Origin: Crocosphaera subtropica ATCC 51142
GTDB taxonomy: Bacteria; Cyanobacteriota; Cyanobacteriia; Cyanobacteriales; Microcystaceae
Assembly (NCBI RefSeq): GCF_000017845.1
Contig: NC_010546.1
Coordinates: 720,001-752,000, forward strand
Direction: 5' to 3'
Length of the DNA: 32,000 bases
In this document: positions 9,973 through 18,844 of the stretch, in pieces
Position numbering within the stretch: position 1 is the stretch's first letter
Layout: the number at the start of each line of letters is the position of its first letter
The notes under the pieces: generated by a model
What the model saw: the letters and a program-made list of their open reading frames with translations, nothing else
The model's database searches: none
What the model was told of the DNA's origin: nothing
Made by a program: the position numbers and the translations under genes

Positions 9973-11118
9973 ATGACACGACTATGCAAAGGCGTTGAAG
10001 TGGAAATGTACACAGGTACATCCCAAGGAGAAATTGTGGGATTATCCGATCGCATTACTAAGGATCTTAACGGGTTTGTGCGAGAACCCGATACTCGTAA
10101 TGTTGAATATACTACCGCCCCTTTGTGTTGTTACGATCGCCTCTTGTGTTCTCTGGTGCGTCCGAGACAGCGTTTAAGAGAATATTTACAAAAAATTGGT
10201 AATTACACCATCATCCCAGGGAGTACCCTCTCTTTAGGGGATAGTCAGCAATTTTATCGCTCCGATCCCATTAATCCTTATCATAGCTACATTGAACATA
10301 CCTATGGTGCCGATGTGGTTACCGCTAGTGTCCATCTTAATATCGGCATTAATGATCCAGAATTATTAATGAAAGCCTGTCGTTTAGTACGGGTTGAAGC
10401 CCCTTTATATTTAGCTTTAAGTGCCTCTTCTCCTTTCTTGGATGGACAGGTAACAGGGTATCACTCCACTCGTTGGCAGATATTTCCTCAAACGCCTCAA
10501 AAGGTTCCTTTATTTGAGAGTCATCGTCATTTTATTCAGTGGACAGAAGAACAGTTAATACTCAAAACCATGCAAAATGTCCGTCATCTCTGGACATCGG
10601 TGCGCCCGAATGGTCATAATCGACCGTATCATCTTAATCGCTTAGAATTGAGAATTTGCGATTTAATTATTGATCCCATTGCTTTATTGTCCGTTATTGC
10701 CTTATTAGAATCTCGTCTTCTACAATTAATCGACGATCCCACTCTTGATCCCCTCGGTGGTAGTCAACTATCTCCTGAGACGCTACTGGATATCATCCAT
10801 CACAATGAAACTGAAGCAGCCAAACACAGTTTAGAGGCACAACTTTATCATTGGCGAGATGGTCATAAGATTGATGTAACCACTTGGATAGAACAAATAT
10901 ATCAGGAAGTGTGGCCATTCGCCCAAAAAAATGGATTTAGTTGTTTTCTTTCTCCAGTGAAAAAGATTTTACGCAATGGTAACTTAGCTCAACAATGGTT
11001 AAGACAATATCAACTTTCTCACGATATCCCCTCAATTATCACCGCAGAAATCCAAACCATTGCCCAACAAGAAAAAATGTTAGAAGATAAACTCTGCGAT
11101 GCTCTGTTAGTTGCTTAA
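9973..11118 (+). CDS. gshA: Glutamate--cysteine ligase, cyanobacterial type
   Basis: N-terminus KGVEVEMYTGTSQGEIVGLSDRI...GFVREPDTRNVEYTTAPL and length (~380 aa) match my memory of the cyanobacterial GshA family (TIGR02048-like). Not verified by search. Confidence 0.75.
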   Translation: MTRLCKGVEVEMYTGTSQGEIVGLSDRITKDLNGFVREPDTRNVEYTTAPLCCYDRLLCSLVRPRQRLREYLQKIGNYTIIPGSTLSLGDSQQFYRSDPINPYHSYIEHTYGADVVTASVHLNIGINDPELLMKACRLVRVEAPLYLALSASSPFLDGQVTGYHSTRWQIFPQTPQKVPLFESHRHFIQWTEEQLILKTMQNVRHLWTSVRPNGHNRPYHLNRLELRICDLIIDPIALLSVIALLESRLLQLIDDPTLDPLGGSQLSPETLLDIIHHNETEAAKHSLEAQLYHWRDGHKIDVTTWIEQIYQEVWPFAQKNGFSCFLSPVKKILRNGNLAQQWLRQYQLSHDIPSIITAEIQTIAQQEKMLEDKLCDALLVA

Positions 11119-11238
11119 AAAATAATTAAATTTTACCAATTAATCGATAAATCTTTTCAATCAAAATAGAAAGATTGTTTAATAAATTTAATTATTAGCA
11201 CGAAGTTTATCATCGATAAAAAAAAACTATCAATCACT

Positions 11239-11700
11239 ATGCCCAGAGTCGTTTTAGTTAATCCTCAAATTCCCCCAAATACAGGAAATATAGCCAGAAC
11301 TTGTGCTGCTACCAATACAGAACTCCATCTGGTGGGTCCTTTAGGATTTGAATTAAGCGATCGCTATCTCAAACGAGCCGGACTCGATTATTGGCCCCAT
11401 GTCAAGCTTCAGTATCACCTAGATTTAGAGCAATTTCAAGCCTACCATCAACAACAGAAAGGCAGATTACTGGGATTTAGTGTCAGAGGAAAATCCTGTT
11501 ACGGAGATTGTCAGTTTAAAGAGGATGACTGGTTAGTGTTTGGCAGCGAAACCGAGGGACTTCCCCCTACATTCCAAGACCAATGTGATCAAATGCTTTA
11601 TATTCCCATGCCTCACCCCGAAGTCAGAAGCCTGAACCTATCGGTCAGTGTCGCCATTGGGTTATTTGAAGCCTTAAGACAGTTAGATCACTTACATTAG
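11239..11700 (+). CDS. trmL: tRNA (cytidine/uridine-2'-O-)-methyltransferase TrmL (SpoU/TrmH family)
   Basis: VVLVNPQIPPNTGNIARTCAAT..., LKRAGLDYW, WLVFGSETEGLP and SLNLSVSVAIGLFEALRQ align with E. coli TrmL/YibK motifs (IPPNTGNIIRLCANTG, RRAGLDY, FGPETRGLP, SMNLSNAV). Confidence 0.85.
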   Translation: MPRVVLVNPQIPPNTGNIARTCAATNTELHLVGPLGFELSDRYLKRAGLDYWPHVKLQYHLDLEQFQAYHQQQKGRLLGFSVRGKSCYGDCQFKEDDWLVFGSETEGLPPTFQDQCDQMLYIPMPHPEVRSLNLSVSVAIGLFEALRQLDHLH

Positions 11701-12102
11701 AAGAGACAGAAGTAGATAGATTAATCATATTTTTAATAAGAAATTTCTATCATTGCTTCCCTAGAAACAATCAGAACAAAAAATAAGCTACGAAAACCCG
11801 TGAGAGAAGGGCTTCTAGTATCAAGGATGACAATCAATGAAACCTTTTGAGGATTGAGAACGTCAACCAACTCGCGTCTTGCAACAATTATTAAAGATAG
11901 ATGAAGAATTCCTGAGTAGATTACAATCAATTCACGCTTGTTTAGAATAGGCAAAACAAGTTAGTTTTTCATAACATAAGGACTAAGTATATTGACTTAA
12001 TTGGCAATCTGAATTAAAACTAAACTCTGATAGGTCTACTCAGTAAAAAATCATCCCAAAAGACTCTTTATAGTCTCAATCGCTCGTTCACACAGTAGGA
12101 GG

Positions 12103-14160
12103 TTGTCCTTGAAAGGTAAATTTAACAAAATAACAACAATGTCTTCTTGTCTGGCAGACTATACCCAAGCACGGGGATCATCTTCTCCAGAAGACTCTCA
12201 AAACAAACTAGCCTCAAGTGAAAAAAGTCGCGTTCGTCGTTCGGCAGCCATGATCGGCTTAGCTATTTCTATGGGCGCAACCGGAATGTTATTGAGCCAA
12301 GACAAAGCAGCAATGGCAGCTAATGCTGTAACGGCGAATACAGCTATTCCGAGTCTTCCAAATCTTTCTGATCTTCAAACTAAAGATAGTCGACTAGCTC
12401 CTTTAGCCCTTAAACATAAGGTAGAAGTGGGCGATACCATTGCTCAACTGGCATATAACTATCAAGTGAAACCAGAGGCGATCGCTGCAATCAATAATCT
12501 GACTATCGCAGCTGAACTCAAGCCAGGGGAAACCATCAAAATTCCTTCTGTAAAGGACTCAGTTGAGAAAATTACCCCCAAAAGCTCTCCAGAAACTAGC
12601 CCTCAAAATAAGAATGTTGGCAGAAAATCAGTCAACACCTCTCTTGATCACCTTAGAGAAACCCGTAAGCGTCTCCAAGATAGCTTAGCAGAACTCAAAA
12701 CCGAAGAAGCGAGAAGCACTGGAGAAGGGGAAACCATCGCCGATGTTAGTCAACCCCTAAAGCAGTCGCAAGAGCCAGCAACTCTAGCTGAGATTGAAAA
12801 AGTTGAAGTAGCTCAAGCCATTGAGATTCCTGTATTCAGCCCTGAAAATGAACAGGAAACTGGGGCGATCAAGGAAGAACAAGAAGAATATGCTTCCCTA
12901 AAAGGGTCTATCTTGGAAGAGAATGAGCCATTAGACCTTCCTGTTGTTCCCTCTCTCGAACCACAAACCACCGCTAAGATCGAATTCAATCAACCCACTC
13001 CTATCAATGTCATTCCTGCAAAAGAGGAAACCGAACCCTCAGAAAGTCGTCAACCTATTGATTTGACAACCCCTGAGCAAACCTCTTTTATCCCCCCAAG
13101 ACAACCGATTGTTCCGACACCAACCATCAGAGCCACTGAAAAAAGCTACCGTGTTCGTCCGGGTGACACCCTCAACAGTATTGCCCGTCGTCATGGGATC
13201 TCTACCCAAGAATTAATTCGCGCCAACAGAATTACCAATGCCAATTTAATTCGGGTTAATCAGACCTTGATGATTCCTCAACAAGAGACTATCGCTAAAG
13301 CTCAATCGACTCAACGAAGCACTTTACCCTCTGTATTTGAGGAGTTACGCTCGCAAACTCAGTCTTCTAGAAGCTTGCTTTCTAGCCGTGAAACTGAACA
13401 AGTCGAAATCCAAATTTCCACCGCTCAACAGTCCCATACAGACAAGTTAAAAGCTGATATCGTCAGTTTACAAAAAGATTACGGCCAACCAGAATCAGAG
13501 ATTTCCCTAGATCAACCCCGTCCTCGAATCTCCAATAAAACCGTGGTAGGGGAGGCCTTAAACCCTGAATGGGCAAGCGATCGCCAAGCAATTACTTCAC
13601 CTCAACAAGCGATCGAAGAACGGTTAAATACCAAAAAGCCCGAATTAATTAGTGCTGCACCTAGTGACCCCAGTATTTACAACAACGCCTTTGAGATCCC
13701 TGTCGGAACCGCTGTCGGTCCAAATCTTCCCGGAATATCTAACCCAGATGACTATCTTCCCGATGCTCCAATGAAATTTACTGGTCATATCTGGCCCAGT
13801 AAAGGGGTGATCACCTCTGGGTTTGGTCGTCGTTGGGGCAGAATGCACAAAGGCATTGATATCGCTGCTCCCGTGGGAACACCGATTATGGCTTCAGCCC
13901 CTGGTGAAGTGATCAGCGCAGGCTGGAATTCGGGCGGTTACGGCAATTTAGTTAAAGTTCGTCACCCTGATGGTAGCGTTACCTTATACGCTCACAACAG
14001 CCGTATTTTAGTGCGTCGTGGTCAAAAAGTAGAGCAGGGTCAGCAAATTGCTGAAATGGGTAGCACTGGTTATAGCACCGGTCCTCACCTTCATTATGAA
14101 ATCCATCCCAACGGTAGAGGAGCCCAGAATCCCATGGCTTTTTTACCTAAGAATCGCTAA
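12103..14160 (+). CDS. LysM-domain M23 family peptidoglycan endopeptidase
   Basis: Signal/TM AAMIGLAISMGATGMLLSQDKAAMA; two LysM repeats (HKVEVGDTIAQLAYNYQV...IKIP and YRVRPGDTLNSIARRHGIS...LMIP). The C-terminal M23 domain has HKGIDIAAPVGTPI and GSTGYSTGPHLHYEI. The start is uncertain: AGGAGG at 12097-12102 favours the in-frame TTG at 12109, and ATG 12139 is also possible. Confidence 0.85.
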   Translation: MSLKGKFNKITTMSSCLADYTQARGSSSPEDSQNKLASSEKSRVRRSAAMIGLAISMGATGMLLSQDKAAMAANAVTANTAIPSLPNLSDLQTKDSRLAPLALKHKVEVGDTIAQLAYNYQVKPEAIAAINNLTIAAELKPGETIKIPSVKDSVEKITPKSSPETSPQNKNVGRKSVNTSLDHLRETRKRLQDSLAELKTEEARSTGEGETIADVSQPLKQSQEPATLAEIEKVEVAQAIEIPVFSPENEQETGAIKEEQEEYASLKGSILEENEPLDLPVVPSLEPQTTAKIEFNQPTPINVIPAKEETEPSESRQPIDLTTPEQTSFIPPRQPIVPTPTIRATEKSYRVRPGDTLNSIARRHGISTQELIRANRITNANLIRVNQTLMIPQQETIAKAQSTQRSTLPSVFEELRSQTQSSRSLLSSRETEQVEIQISTAQQSHTDKLKADIVSLQKDYGQPESEISLDQPRPRISNKTVVGEALNPEWASDRQAITSPQQAIEERLNTKKPELISAAPSDPSIYNNAFEIPVGTAVGPNLPGISNPDDYLPDAPMKFTGHIWPSKGVITSGFGRRWGRMHKGIDIAAPVGTPIMASAPGEVISAGWNSGGYGNLVKVRHPDGSVTLYAHNSRILVRRGQKVEQGQQIAEMGSTGYSTGPHLHYEIHPNGRGAQNPMAFLPKNR

Positions 14161-14198
14161 ACATTGTCTCGTTTGTGAATTAGAGCGATGGGATACTT

Positions 14199-14234
14199 AA
14201 AATCAGAGAAGTTTTTTCTTCTCTGATTTTTTTT
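14199..14234 (+). terminator. Rho-independent terminator after the M23 peptidase gene
   Basis: AAAATCAGAGAAG (14199-14211), loop TTTTTT, CTTCTCTGATTTT (14218-14230), running into a T tract that ends at 14234. Confidence 0.65.
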
Positions 14235-14292
14235 GTAATAAGGTAGACATTGGATAATTTTTATTCTATTATGACAAAGGTGCAAAAATAAT

Positions 14293-14366
14293 GGCTCGGT
14301 AGCTCAGTTGGTTAGAGCAGGGGACTCATAAGCCCAAGGTCGGCAGTTCAAATCTGCCCCGAGCCA
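14293..14366 (+). tRNA. tRNA with CAU anticodon (elongator Met or lysidine-modified Ile2), copy 1
   Basis: Hand-folded cloverleaf: GGCTCGG TA GCTC AGTTGGTTA GAGC A GGGGA CTCATAA GCCCA AGGTC GGCAG TTCAAAT CTGCC CCGAGCC A. G1-C72 is paired, so it is not an initiator. No CCA is encoded. Confidence 0.9.
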
Positions 14367-14483
14367 TTTGAAGGTAAAGCATTGAAAACCAGATGTATAA
14401 GGCGATTCGAGCAATTAGATGGCTTCTGAAGTTATCAAGATTGTTAAAATTTGTTACGGTTAACTACCACCTTTGACTATCAA
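14293..14483 (+). repeat. Left ~190-bp direct repeat (attL region): tRNA + diverged spacer + conserved 24-mer
   Basis: Matches 25885-26074: the tRNA is identical, the following ~95 bp are alignable but diverged, and then TTAACTACCACCTTTGACTATCAA is identical (14460-14483 and 26051-26074). Confidence 0.8.
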
Positions 14484-14546
14484 ATGACTATCATTCAGTT
14501 ATGAGTTTGGTTAGAACTTAGGTATTGATAGTCAGGAGTTAGAATA

Positions 14547-15755
14547 GTGGCTAAAGTATCGGTCAAAAGCAAAGGTTCTCATGGTACGGTTGGCGTTGAA
14601 TCGTTTAGAGGTAAGTTACGTCTCAGATTACCTAGACATCTGTATGATGGTAAACAAAAATACTTATCGCTTGGTTTAGACGATACGTCAGAAAATCGTC
14701 AAATTGCTGAAGCTAAAAAAAGAGAAATCGAGTCAGATATAGCTAAAGATTTAGTCGTTAATGGTACTTTTGATCTAACTTTAGCTAAATATCGTCCACA
14801 GACTCATTTAAAACTTGTTCAGTCGATCCAGGTTCATCATAAAACGGAAGAACAGGTACTTTTAAGTGATTTGTGGAATAAATATACAGAATTTAAGAGT
14901 AGTCAGGTAGAAAAAACTACTTTAATTCGAGATTATGGAAAAATTGCTAAAAGAATCGCTAAATTACCGACACAAGATATTAACGAGGCGGTTGCAATTA
15001 GAGATTATCTATTGAAAGTTTATGCTCCTGAAACAGCTAAAAGAACATTAAAGCAGTTAAACGCTTGTTGTAATTGGGCGATGCGTTCTAAACTCATTAC
15101 ATCTAATCCGTTTGATGGAATGGCAAGCGACATTAAGAGTAAGAAAACTAGCAAAACATCTAGAAAACCATTTACACAGGATGAAAGAGATGTAATTATT
15201 CAAGCTTTTGAAGAAAATATCTACTGTTCCAAGTATTCTCGTGTTAATCACTCTTATTATGCACCCTATGTTAAGTTTCTGTTTTTAACGGGATGCAGAC
15301 CAGAAGAAGCGATCGCATTACAGTGGAAACATATTGAGAAAAATTACATTAACTTTTGTGAGGCAGTGGCGACGGATTTAAGAATTCGTAAATCTACCAA
15401 AACTCATGAATCACGCCATTTTCCGATTAATCGACAATTACAAGCTTTTTTAGCTGAAATTAAACCTGAAAATGCTTCTAATGATGACTTAGTATTTCCT
15501 AGTACAACAGGAATTGAAATAGATGCTCATAACTTTCTCAATCGTATTTGGAAACCAGTAGTAGAAGCATTAGTCAAGGAAGGTAAGCTTAAGCAGTATT
15601 TACCCCAATATAATTGCCGACACACTTTTATAACGATGGCACTAGAGAAAGGTGTAACAGTGGTGCAAGTCGCTAAATGGGTGGGGAATAGTCCAGAAAT
15701 TATAATGAAGCATTATGCAGGTACGATTCGACAGGTACAAGTGCCAGAATTTTAA
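14547..15755 (+). CDS. Tyrosine recombinase / phage-type integrase
   Basis: GTG start 8 nt after AGGAG (14534-14538). Catalytic-domain motifs LTGCRPEEAIAL (Arg), CRHTFITMALEKG (His-x-x-Arg region) and IIMKHYAG (Tyr). It lies next to the tRNA/att repeat. Confidence 0.9.
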   Translation: MAKVSVKSKGSHGTVGVESFRGKLRLRLPRHLYDGKQKYLSLGLDDTSENRQIAEAKKREIESDIAKDLVVNGTFDLTLAKYRPQTHLKLVQSIQVHHKTEEQVLLSDLWNKYTEFKSSQVEKTTLIRDYGKIAKRIAKLPTQDINEAVAIRDYLLKVYAPETAKRTLKQLNACCNWAMRSKLITSNPFDGMASDIKSKKTSKTSRKPFTQDERDVIIQAFEENIYCSKYSRVNHSYYAPYVKFLFLTGCRPEEAIALQWKHIEKNYINFCEAVATDLRIRKSTKTHESRHFPINRQLQAFLAEIKPENASNDDLVFPSTTGIEIDAHNFLNRIWKPVVEALVKEGKLKQYLPQYNCRHTFITMALEKGVTVVQVAKWVGNSPEIIMKHYAGTIRQVQVPEF

Positions 15756-16102
15756 GTTATTGTTTCTAGATGTATCATTTGTACCAGTACCCATTAAGGT
15801 TAGGACATTGTTGTTTTCTATCTTTTCTATTCCCTTGTGTTAACATCTATATGTCCTACCTATTTTATTTAGTGCTATAGCTATTTTGGATTATAGATAT
15901 GAAGTTAGACTAAATTGATGAATATTGAGATAGATTTTAATGTTAAAACTCTTGCAGTTAATCCATTAATTCTTTATCAGTGATTTGTAAAATAAAAGCT
16001 TTACAAAAATTAATAAATATGTCGAATATAGATTATTGAATGACTTTAGCTATTTTAAAAATATTTTTTTGTCAGATTCTTGACAATAACCTGATGTTTA
16101 GG

Positions 16103-16120
16103 TTACATTTATAAATGTAA
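16103..16120. promoter_or_regulatory. Perfect 18-bp palindrome TTACATTTATAAATGTAA, candidate operator upstream of the RHH gene
   Basis: The sequence equals its own reverse complement. A third half-site TTTACA at 16125-16130 forms a second inverted repeat with TGTAAA at 16115-16120. A TTGACA hexamer lies at 16080-16085, and the RHH-like ORF starts about 40 bp downstream. Confidence 0.45.
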
Positions 16121-16161
16121 ATTGTTTACAATATAAAAGTAAGAAGTAGAAATAAAAATAT

Positions 16162-16368
16162 ATGATTTTAGAAGGTAAAGATAAAATGATAGAAAGAGAA
16201 TCAAATACAATGGACTCTATAATAAGTTTTAGAATATTAGACAAAGATAAAACTAAATTAATGGATATTCTTGATCAAAAAAATATAACTCTTTCAAAAT
16301 TGATGAGAAATTTAATTAGAAAAGAAATTGCTAATTATTTTGTTGTGAAAAATAGTAATCAGGTTTGA
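16162..16368 (+). CDS. Small ribbon-helix-helix (CopG/Arc-like) DNA-binding protein, putative island regulator
   Basis: DSIISFRILDKDKTKLMDILDQKNITLSKLMRNLIRKEI fits a beta-strand/helix/helix RHH pattern. Alternative starts at 16186 and 16210. This is inferred from the pattern only. Confidence 0.45.
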   Translation: MILEGKDKMIERESNTMDSIISFRILDKDKTKLMDILDQKNITLSKLMRNLIRKEIANYFVVKNSNQV

Positions 16369-16645
16369 TTTCTAGATTTAATTTGTAGCTAGGGTTAAAA
16401 TCAAGCTTTAATACAGGTTTCTAGAACTTATTAACCTGAAAATGGTATGATTTCTTTTATTATATCAATCAATTTTTAAGACTTTTTCTTATTCTTATTA
16501 AAATCATTAAAAATGACTTTAACAGAGTACCTTTATCATGGTTTCTAAAATTCAAAATGAATAAATTAGAAACTAATTATCCGTGATGTAAACGACGGAA
16601 TACCAGTATCGCAGTAAATAATAGATAGATTGGAACACATTAAAA

Positions 16646-18844
16646 ATGAAAGAAATAACAATAACAATGAAAGATCATAATATTGTTCAAATGATAGAAA
16701 ACTTAAAAGATAATGATTTTCCTAATAATTGGCGTTTTATTCCAGTTGATAAAAATAAAGCTCCTATGACAACTAAAACATTTCAAGCAACAGGTTGGAC
16801 AAAGAAAGAAGCTTTAACTAAACAGGAAATAATAAGAGAACTCTGTGATTATGATGTTAATGCCGTTGGTTTAGCATTAGGTAAGCATAGCGTTAATGTT
16901 GTGGCAATTGATCATGATGGTGAAAGTTGTGACAAGTTAATTGAAGAATTAACAGGTTTATCTCTTAAAGAAGCTTTACCATCAACAGTTGCTTTTTCTA
17001 GTGGTCGAACAGGACGGTATCAAAAATTATATTCTGTATCGGAAGATATATTAAATCAATTAACCAATAAACAAATTAAAACAGGTGAAAAAGATGAAGA
17101 TGGAAAGAGTGAACAGCTTGAATTTCGAGTCAATGGATATTCAATAATAATGGGTTTTCACCCAAAAACTCAAAGCTATAGTTATCATTGGTTAGATGGA
17201 TGTTCACCACAAGAGATTGATATTACTCCATTACCTGAATGGTGGCTAAATATATGGCTAAATAGCGAAAAAACCAATAAAAAGGAGAAAAAGAAATCGT
17301 TAAGTAAAATTAATGATATTCCTAACGATTTAAGTTCAATTATATCTAAATGTCAAAATCTTTTGAGTCAACTTAAACCTTTCAGATGTGACAATTATGA
17401 TGATTGGAATAGAGTTGGCATGGCTTTACATCATGAAGCTGGTGACGATCCTATATTAAGTGAATTACTGTTAGATTTATGGACAAACTGGAGTCAAAAT
17501 TCTAATAAATTCAAAGACGGCGAATGTGCTACAAAATGGCAAAGTTTCGATAGTAATAAGGATAATACTGTTACATTAGGTACTTTAGTAGAATGGGCAA
17601 AAGAGGATAGTAATTTACCTCAGCAAAATTCTAAAAATACATTAGATGATGAACGTCAAGAATTCTATCAAATGCTTGATGATATTGATAAAATTTATGA
17701 GGAAGAAGATTATGGATTTCAGCAAGTTCTTTCAAGAAAGATAGCAAAAAAATATGGATATAATTCTAATATTAGCCAAATGTTAAAGGATTATTGGAAT
17801 GCAAATCCTAATCTACTTAAAAGTGACTTTATTGATATAAAAAACTATGTAAAAGATACACCTAGAATTGATTATTTAATTAGTAATCTTTTACCCACTG
17901 TGGGGTTAGGCATTTTTTATGGTGAATCCAATATGGGTAAAACAACTTTGTTATATAGTTGGATGATTGCAATTGCAACAGGTAAAGACTGGAATGGATT
18001 TAATACAATACAAGGTAAGTGTTTAATTTACCAGTTAGAGGAATCTCAGCCTGTTACCTCACAACGATTATCCAAAGCGGTTGATAGTCTGCCAGATAAT
18101 GCAATTTTAATCAAAAAAATTTGGAATATTGCTCAAATCCATTCTTTAAAGAAAGATGTAGCGAAGCATCAACCTAAATTGGTAATTATTGATAGTTTGA
18201 AAGCTGCTAGTGCAGGAACAAATAATGATGAAAATGACAGTCGTTTTGCTGATTCATTATATCAACTGCACCAAATATCTGAATCTTATCAATGTGCCAT
18301 TTTTGTAATTCATCATTGTAACAGTAATGGTGGTTTGCGTGGTTCTACTGCTATTAAAGCTGCGGTAGATACTGTTATGAAGTTTGGACGGGATGAAAAG
18401 GATGAATTACCTGAATTACAACGTCTTCTTACCATTGAAAAGTCACGAGCTTTAGATGAAAATCCAACACTTCTTTTAGAAGGTAGTGAGGATAATGTAC
18501 TCAGTTGGACATATTTAGGAACGTTCGATGGGAATAAAAAAGGAAAAAATTGGAGTAATTCAGTTGAATGTCAGCAATTTATTGATCATCATCCTAATCA
18601 GAAGTTCACAGTTGATGAGGTGTTGAATGGATTAAAAGAGAAAATTACCAACCGAGATACGGTGAAGAAGACTCTCAATCGTTTAGTTAATAAGGGTAAA
18701 ATTAACAAAGATGATAGCTTTGCGAAAAAACCTCTGTATTTTAGTAAAAAGTGTCCCAATATCAGTAGCCAGAGCGGTTCAAATGCAGATATAGCAAGTG
18801 TTTCGGCTATCAAGACAGTTACGGGACAGCCAGAAGAGGTGTAA
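16646..18844 (+). CDS. Replication protein: bifunctional primase-polymerase (PrimPol) + PriCT-2-like + RecA/DnaB-like (AAA_25-type) ATPase + C-terminal wHTH-like tail
   Basis: PrimPol N-terminus (NWRFIPVDKNKAPMT, AVGLALG..., VVAIDHDGE acidic motif). PriCT-like segment (YDDWNRVGMALHHEAGDDP...LWTNWSQNSNKF...KWQSF). Walker A GESNMGKTTLL and Walker B-like LVIIDSLK. C-terminal FTVDEVLNGLKEKITNRDTVKKTLNRLVNKGKI. Confidence 0.85.
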   Translation: MKEITITMKDHNIVQMIENLKDNDFPNNWRFIPVDKNKAPMTTKTFQATGWTKKEALTKQEIIRELCDYDVNAVGLALGKHSVNVVAIDHDGESCDKLIEELTGLSLKEALPSTVAFSSGRTGRYQKLYSVSEDILNQLTNKQIKTGEKDEDGKSEQLEFRVNGYSIIMGFHPKTQSYSYHWLDGCSPQEIDITPLPEWWLNIWLNSEKTNKKEKKKSLSKINDIPNDLSSIISKCQNLLSQLKPFRCDNYDDWNRVGMALHHEAGDDPILSELLLDLWTNWSQNSNKFKDGECATKWQSFDSNKDNTVTLGTLVEWAKEDSNLPQQNSKNTLDDERQEFYQMLDDIDKIYEEEDYGFQQVLSRKIAKKYGYNSNISQMLKDYWNANPNLLKSDFIDIKNYVKDTPRIDYLISNLLPTVGLGIFYGESNMGKTTLLYSWMIAIATGKDWNGFNTIQGKCLIYQLEESQPVTSQRLSKAVDSLPDNAILIKKIWNIAQIHSLKKDVAKHQPKLVIIDSLKAASAGTNNDENDSRFADSLYQLHQISESYQCAIFVIHHCNSNGGLRGSTAIKAAVDTVMKFGRDEKDELPELQRLLTIEKSRALDENPTLLLEGSEDNVLSWTYLGTFDGNKKGKNWSNSVECQQFIDHHPNQKFTVDEVLNGLKEKITNRDTVKKTLNRLVNKGKINKDDSFAKKPLYFSKKCPNISSQSGSNADIASVSAIKTVTGQPEEV

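Noticed and set aside
9995-10177. 60-aa plus-strand ORF inside gshA
   Set aside because: It is out of frame within a gene whose own frame carries the conserved GshA N-terminal motifs.
11733-11954. 73-aa minus-strand ORF in the 400-bp trmL / M23-peptidase spacer
   Set aside because: It has no SD and no recognisable domain, and its start is embedded in a hairpin (CTTGTTT 11937-11943 / AAACAAG 11955-11961, followed by a T-run) that looks more like a plus-strand terminator. The spacer may hold a small RNA or a decayed gene, but I cannot support either.
11955-12102. Possible c-di-AMP (ydaO-type) riboswitch upstream of the LysM/M23 cell-wall hydrolase gene
   Set aside because: That riboswitch class often precedes such genes. 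However, this leader is AT-rich and lacks the conserved G-rich segments I remember (ACGGGG / CCCG-type). Only a weak TTGACT-17-TAAAAC promoter-like pair is visible (11992-12020).
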